Assembly (NCBI RefSeq): GCF_964213995.1
Contig: NW_027590128.1
Location: 124,001-188,000 of the forward strand
Length of the DNA: 64,000 nucleotides
Direction: 5' to 3'
DNA from: Mustelus asterias
Lineage: Eukaryota
Shown: positions 59,854 to 64,000 of the stretch, one piece after another
Layout: each line of letters starts with the position of its first letter
Numbering within the stretch: position 1 is the stretch's first letter
The notes under the pieces: model-generated
Told to the model about the DNA's origin: nothing
Databases searched by the model: none
The model's input: only the letters and a program-made list of their open reading frames with translations
Made by a program: the position numbers and the translations under genes

Positions 59854-60777
59854 TCACTTATGAACTTGCTGATGTCTCAGGAGCCATTGTGACTGAGTGA
59901 ATCCCTTCCCACACACAGAGCAGTTGAATGGCCTCTTAGTGTCAGTGCATTGGTGAGCCAGCAGGTTGAAAGACTTTGCAAATCCCTTCCCACACACGGA
60001 GCAAGTGAATGGCCTCTCCCCTGTGTGAACTCGCTGGTGAGCAGAGAGGTTGGATGGCCGATTGAATCCCTTCCCACACACGGAGCATGTGAATGGTCTT
60101 TCTGCAGTGTGAGTGCGTCGGTGAGCAGTGAGGTTGGATGACTGCCTGAAATTCTTTCCACAGTCAGTGCAGCTGAATGGCTTCTCTTCAGTGTGAATTT
60201 TCTGGTGTCTCAGCAGGGTGGGTAAAGCTGTGAATCCCTTTCCACACACAAAGCAAGTAAACGGTCTCTCCCCAGTGTGAATTCGCTGGTGTGCAACGAG
60301 GGAGGATGCCTGTCTGAAACTCCGTCCACAGTCAGTGCAGCTGAATGGCTTCTCCTCAATGTGAACTCGCTGGTGTGACAGTAAGTGGGATGACCCAGTG
60401 AATCCCTTCCCACAGTTGGAGCAGGTGAACGGCATCTCCCCAGTATGAACTCGCTGGTGTGACAGCAGGTGGAATGACTGAGTGAATCCCTTCCCACACA
60501 CGGAGCAGATGAATGGTCTCTCCCCGGTGTGAGTGCGTTGGTGCACAGTGAGTGCTGAAGAATGCCTGAACCTCTTCCCACAGGAGGTGCAGGTGAATGG
60601 CTTTTCCTCAGTGTGAATTCTCTGGTGAGACCAAAGGCCAGATGACTGAATGAATCCCTCCCCACAAACAGAACAGGTGAACGGTCTCTCACCAGTGTGA
60701 CTGCGCCGATGGTTTTCCAGCAGGGAAGGGTAACTGAATCCATTCCCACAGTCCCCACATTTCCACGGTTTCTCCAT
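59854..60777 (-). CDS. ZNF-8: C2H2 protein, 10 intact fingers plus 1 degenerate
   Basis: [13 protein letters not shown]; finger 10 lacks the second His (HQCTD). Confidence 0.92.
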   Translation of the reverse strand: MEKPWKCGDCGNGFSYPSLLENHRRSHTGERPFTCSVCGEGFIQSSGLWSHQRIHTEEKPFTCTSCGKRFRHSSALTVHQRTHTGERPFICSVCGKGFTQSFHLLSHQRVHTGEMPFTCSNCGKGFTGSSHLLSHQRVHIEEKPFSCTDCGRSFRQASSLVAHQRIHTGERPFTCFVCGKGFTALPTLLRHQKIHTEEKPFSCTDCGKNFRQSSNLTAHRRTHTAERPFTCSVCGKGFNRPSNLSAHQRVHTGERPFTCSVCGKGFAKSFNLLAHQCTDTKRPFNCSVCGKGFTQSQWLLRHQQVHK

Positions 60778-61335
60778 GATACTGGTGTCCTTATGTTTCT
60801 CCAGGTTAAACGATCAGTTGAAGCCTCATCCACACACAGAACACGTGTACAGTTTCTCCTTGCTGTGAATGGTGTGATGTTTTTTAAGGCTGTGTAACTG
60901 GATAAAGCTCTTTCCACAGTCAACTCACTGAAACACTCTCACTCGGGTGTGCGTGTATCTTGGTGCTTTTTCAGTCGCACTGATGTTTGAAATCTTCTCC
61001 TCCAGACAGAAGACAAACATTTCTCCTTCCACGTTCAAAGTCTGAGGATATTTAAGTCCAAGTGAATCGAGACTCTGTCTGATTTTGATGTGATGTTTCT
61101 TCACCTCACCTGTAAAAGGAGTTTACAAAATTAATCACTGTCAGTCCAGGATAGAAATTTTGAACAGGCAATTCTAATTCTCTGGAAAATTTCTTCCTCT
61201 CTTGTTCCCCAAATCAATAAATTCCTGTCCCACAAACTCTCCCTCCTCCCTGGGCTGAAATCCAAACCCACCTCACCATTTCTTTTCTCCACTCCCAGTT
61301 TGCTCCCTCCCTCTCCTCTGTCTGGGTTCAGTTCT

Positions 61336-61505
61336 GATGTGGAGATGCCGGCGTTGGACTGGGGTGAACACAGTAAGAGTTTTAACAACACCAGGTTAAA
61401 GGCCAACAGGTTTATTTGGTAGCAAACACCTAATGGTAGCGAATGGCGTTTGCTACCAAATAAACCTGTTGGACTTTAACCTGGTGTTGTTAAAACTCTT
61501 ACTGT
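61336..61505. mobile_element. PLE family 1 fold-back insertion, 63-bp arms and 20-bp spacer
   Basis: Arms 61365-61427 and 61448-61510; direct repeat gttcagttct at 61326-61335 and 61506-61515; empty site at ~16165. Confidence 0.9.
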
Positions 61506-61514
61506 GTTCAGTTC

Positions 61515-62081
61515 TCCAGCTGCTGTCTGCAGACTGACAATAAAACCAATGGGTCTTATTGGGGGTGTTGGGGCCTCCAGCGGGTGTTTGTGAATCCTCC
61601 CCGCCCACCTCCCAGGGTTTCCTTCCTTCCCAGAGATCAGAGTCCTCATTGATTTGAGGCCAAAGTGTAACCTCTTATTTATTGTCCCCCTCCCCCATCC
61701 TCTGATGTGAACCATCCTCCAGTGGCTGAGCCAGGATGGGGCCGTTAACCTGGGCCTGTTCCCGGGAGGGAGGGAGGGAGAAGCCCCGCAGCTGCAAACC
61801 AGGGAGCTGACAATGATTCTGAAGGGTTTGCGGATCCACAAAGTGTTTCCAAATCCTCCCAGCCACCGCCTAACGCTGACTCCGCTTCTCCGGGACAAAC
61901 AAGCGCCAAGGACAGCAATGACACTGCGCATGCTCCACATCACAATGCCCGGGGACTGATTGACGGCAGCTCCGGACCAATAGGAAGAAGAGGCGGGGCT
62001 GGAGGACCGAGCGGGAGCGGCTGGTCCTCCAACCAATCGGGGTGAATGAGGGGCGGGACCTGAAGCATGCGCAGTGCGGGT
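61515..62081 (-). promoter_or_regulatory. Promoter/first-exon cassette B, copy 3 (ZNF-8)
   Basis: Near-identical to 16175-16805 but with a single CCAAT/GC-box unit. Confidence 0.7.
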
Positions 62082-62083
62082 GA

Positions 62084-62169
62084 ACCAGATAAACCTGTTG
62101 GACTTTAACCTGGTGTTGTTTGACTTGTTGCTGTGTTTACCCCAGTCCAACGCCGGCATCTCCACATCA
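62084..62169 (+). mobile_element. PLE family 1 tail fragment (duplicated with 16808-16893)
   Basis: Flanked by gtgcgggt repeats. Confidence 0.85.
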
Positions 62170-62217
62170 GTGCGGGTAATGGCAGACGGCCGGTTTTAGT
62201 TTGGAAGCGAGATCAAT

Positions 62218-62745
62218 GAAGGGAAAGGAATGACTGGCAAATGGGAGGTTTTAAAAGTGTGATATCAAGAGTCCAGAGGCAGTATATTCCTGTTAAGATG
62301 CAGGGAAAGAATGGTAAATTTAGGGTTCTCTGGCAGACAAGGGACATTGAGGCTCTGGTCAGGTAAAAGAAGGAAGCAGACATTGGGTTTAGGCAATCGG
62401 GGACAAGTGAATCACTCTGACTATAAAAAGTGTAAGAAAATACTGAAGAGGGAAATCAGGAGGACAAAAAGAGGGTATGATATGGATCTGGCAGGTAAGA
62501 TTAAAGAAAATTCCAAGAGGTTCTGTAGCTATATTAAGAGTAAAAGGGTGGCTAGAGAGAGAATAGATCCCCTTAAAAATCAGTATGGCCATCTGTGTGT
62601 GGAGCCACAGGAGATGGGTGAGATTTTTAATGAATACTTCTCCTCTGTGTTTACTGCGGAGAGCACCATGGGTGCTAAAGAAATAAGGGAAACAAGTGGT
62701 GATGTCTTGGGCACACGCATGTTACTTGGGAGGAGGTATCTGCAG
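62218..62745 (+). mobile_element. CR1 fragment, duplicate of 20706-21230
   Basis: Colinear near-identity. Confidence 0.82.
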
Positions 62746-63423
62746 CCTTATAAAAGCAAATTACTGCGGATGCTGGAATCTGAAACCAAGAGAGAAAATG
62801 CTGGAAAATCTCAGCAGGTCTGGCAGCATCTGTAAGGAGAGAAAAGAGCTGATGTTTCTTGTCTCGATGACCCTTTGTCAAAGCTCTGAAACATCAGTTC
62901 TTTTCTCTCCATACAGATGCTGCCAGACCTGCTGAGAATGGGGAGAGAGTGTGTGGGATGGAGATTTACAGCTTCTGGGGAATGAGAGAGGAAAGAATGT
63001 TCCATAGAAATTGTCTGTTCTGAATTTCTATCCTGTACTGACACTGATGACTTTTGGAAACTCATTTTACAGGATATTGAAAGAGGAATCACAGGCTGAA
63101 ATCTCAAACGTCACGTCTCGATCTGACAGAGTCTTATTCCTTGGGACCTCAATATCATCGGACTTTGAATCCAGAAGGAGAAATGATTGTCCAGTCTGTC
63201 GATTTGAAAAGATTTGAAATGTCAGTGTGAGTGGAAAAGCATCAACACACTGCCACACTCGAGTGAGAGTGTTCCAATGCACTGACTAAAGAGCTTTAAC
63301 CAGTTACACAGTCTGAATAAATATCACACCATTCACAGCGGGTAGAGACTGTAATCTTGTTCTGTGTGTGGACGAAGTTTCAACTAATTGTCCACCCAAG
63401 AGAGAGGTAAGGACACCTGCACC

Positions 63424-64000
63424 ATGGAGAAACCGTGGAAATGTGCAGACTGTGGGAAGAGATACAGAGCCCCATCTCTGCTGGCAGCTCATCGGCGCAG
63501 CCACACTGGGGAGAGACCATTCACCTGCTCTCAGTGTGAGAAGGGATTCATTCAGTTATCCAGCCTGCGGACACACGAGCGAGTTCACACTGGGGAGAGG
63601 CCATTCACCTGCTCTGAATGTGGGAAGGGATTCATGCAGTCATCCCACCTGCAGACACACCAGCGAGTTCACACTGGGGTGAGGCCATTCACTTGCTCTC
63701 AGTGTGGGAAGGGATTCATTCAGTTATCTACCCTGCGGACACACGAGCGAGTTCACACTGGGGAGAGGCCATTCACCTGCTCTCAGTGTGGGGAGGGATT
63801 CACTTGTTCATCCAACCTGCGGACACACGAGCGAGTTCACACTGGGGAGAGGCCGTTCACCTGCTCTCAGTGTGGGGAGGGATTCACTTGTTTATCCACC
63901 CTGCGGACACACCAGCGAGTTCACACTGGGGAAAGGCCCTTCACCTGCTCTCAGTGTGGGAAGGGATTCACTCAGTTATCCAATTTGCGGGCTCACCAGC
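63424..64000 (+). CDS. ZNF-9: C2H2 protein, at least 6 fingers, runs off the window; paralog of ZNF-3
   Basis: CACCATGG at 63424; [32 protein letters not shown]..; open to the window end, hence absent from the ORF track. Confidence 0.88.
   Translation, partial: MEKPWKCADCGKRYRAPSLLAAHRRSHTGERPFTCSQCEKGFIQLSSLRTHERVHTGERPFTCSECGKGFMQSSHLQTHQRVHTGVRPFTCSQCGKGFIQLSTLRTHERVHTGERPFTCSQCGEGFTCSSNLRTHERVHTGERPFTCSQCGEGFTCLSTLRTHQRVHTGERPFTCSQCGKGFTQLSNLRAHQ

Overview
Vertebrate genomic DNA, almost certainly cartilaginous fish (shark-type V-SINE/HE1-like and DeuSINE-like SINEs, dense CR1 LINEs). The window is part of a C2H2 zinc-finger (ZNF) gene cluster. It holds eight finger-array exons (six intact, one frameshifted, one running off the window end) and one array-less relic, in mixed orientation. 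They are driven by a few duplicated CpG-rich promoter cassettes with NRF1, YY1, CCAAT, GC-box and CRE motifs. No KRAB, SCAN, SET or other effector domain is visible. Most genes start at a Met that replaces the Gly of a TGEKP linker, behind a shared leader of dead fingers. Between the genes lie CR1 LINEs, two Tx1-clade fragments, SINEs and many Penelope-like element (PLE) pieces. Two PLE-type repeat families carry ultra-minimal hammerhead-ribozyme motifs with a palindromic stem III, and several insertions form fold-back palindromes with target-site duplications (TSDs). Paralogous segments give filled and empty sites for several insertions. Repeat boundaries are approximate unless a TSD is quoted, and all comparisons were made by eye.
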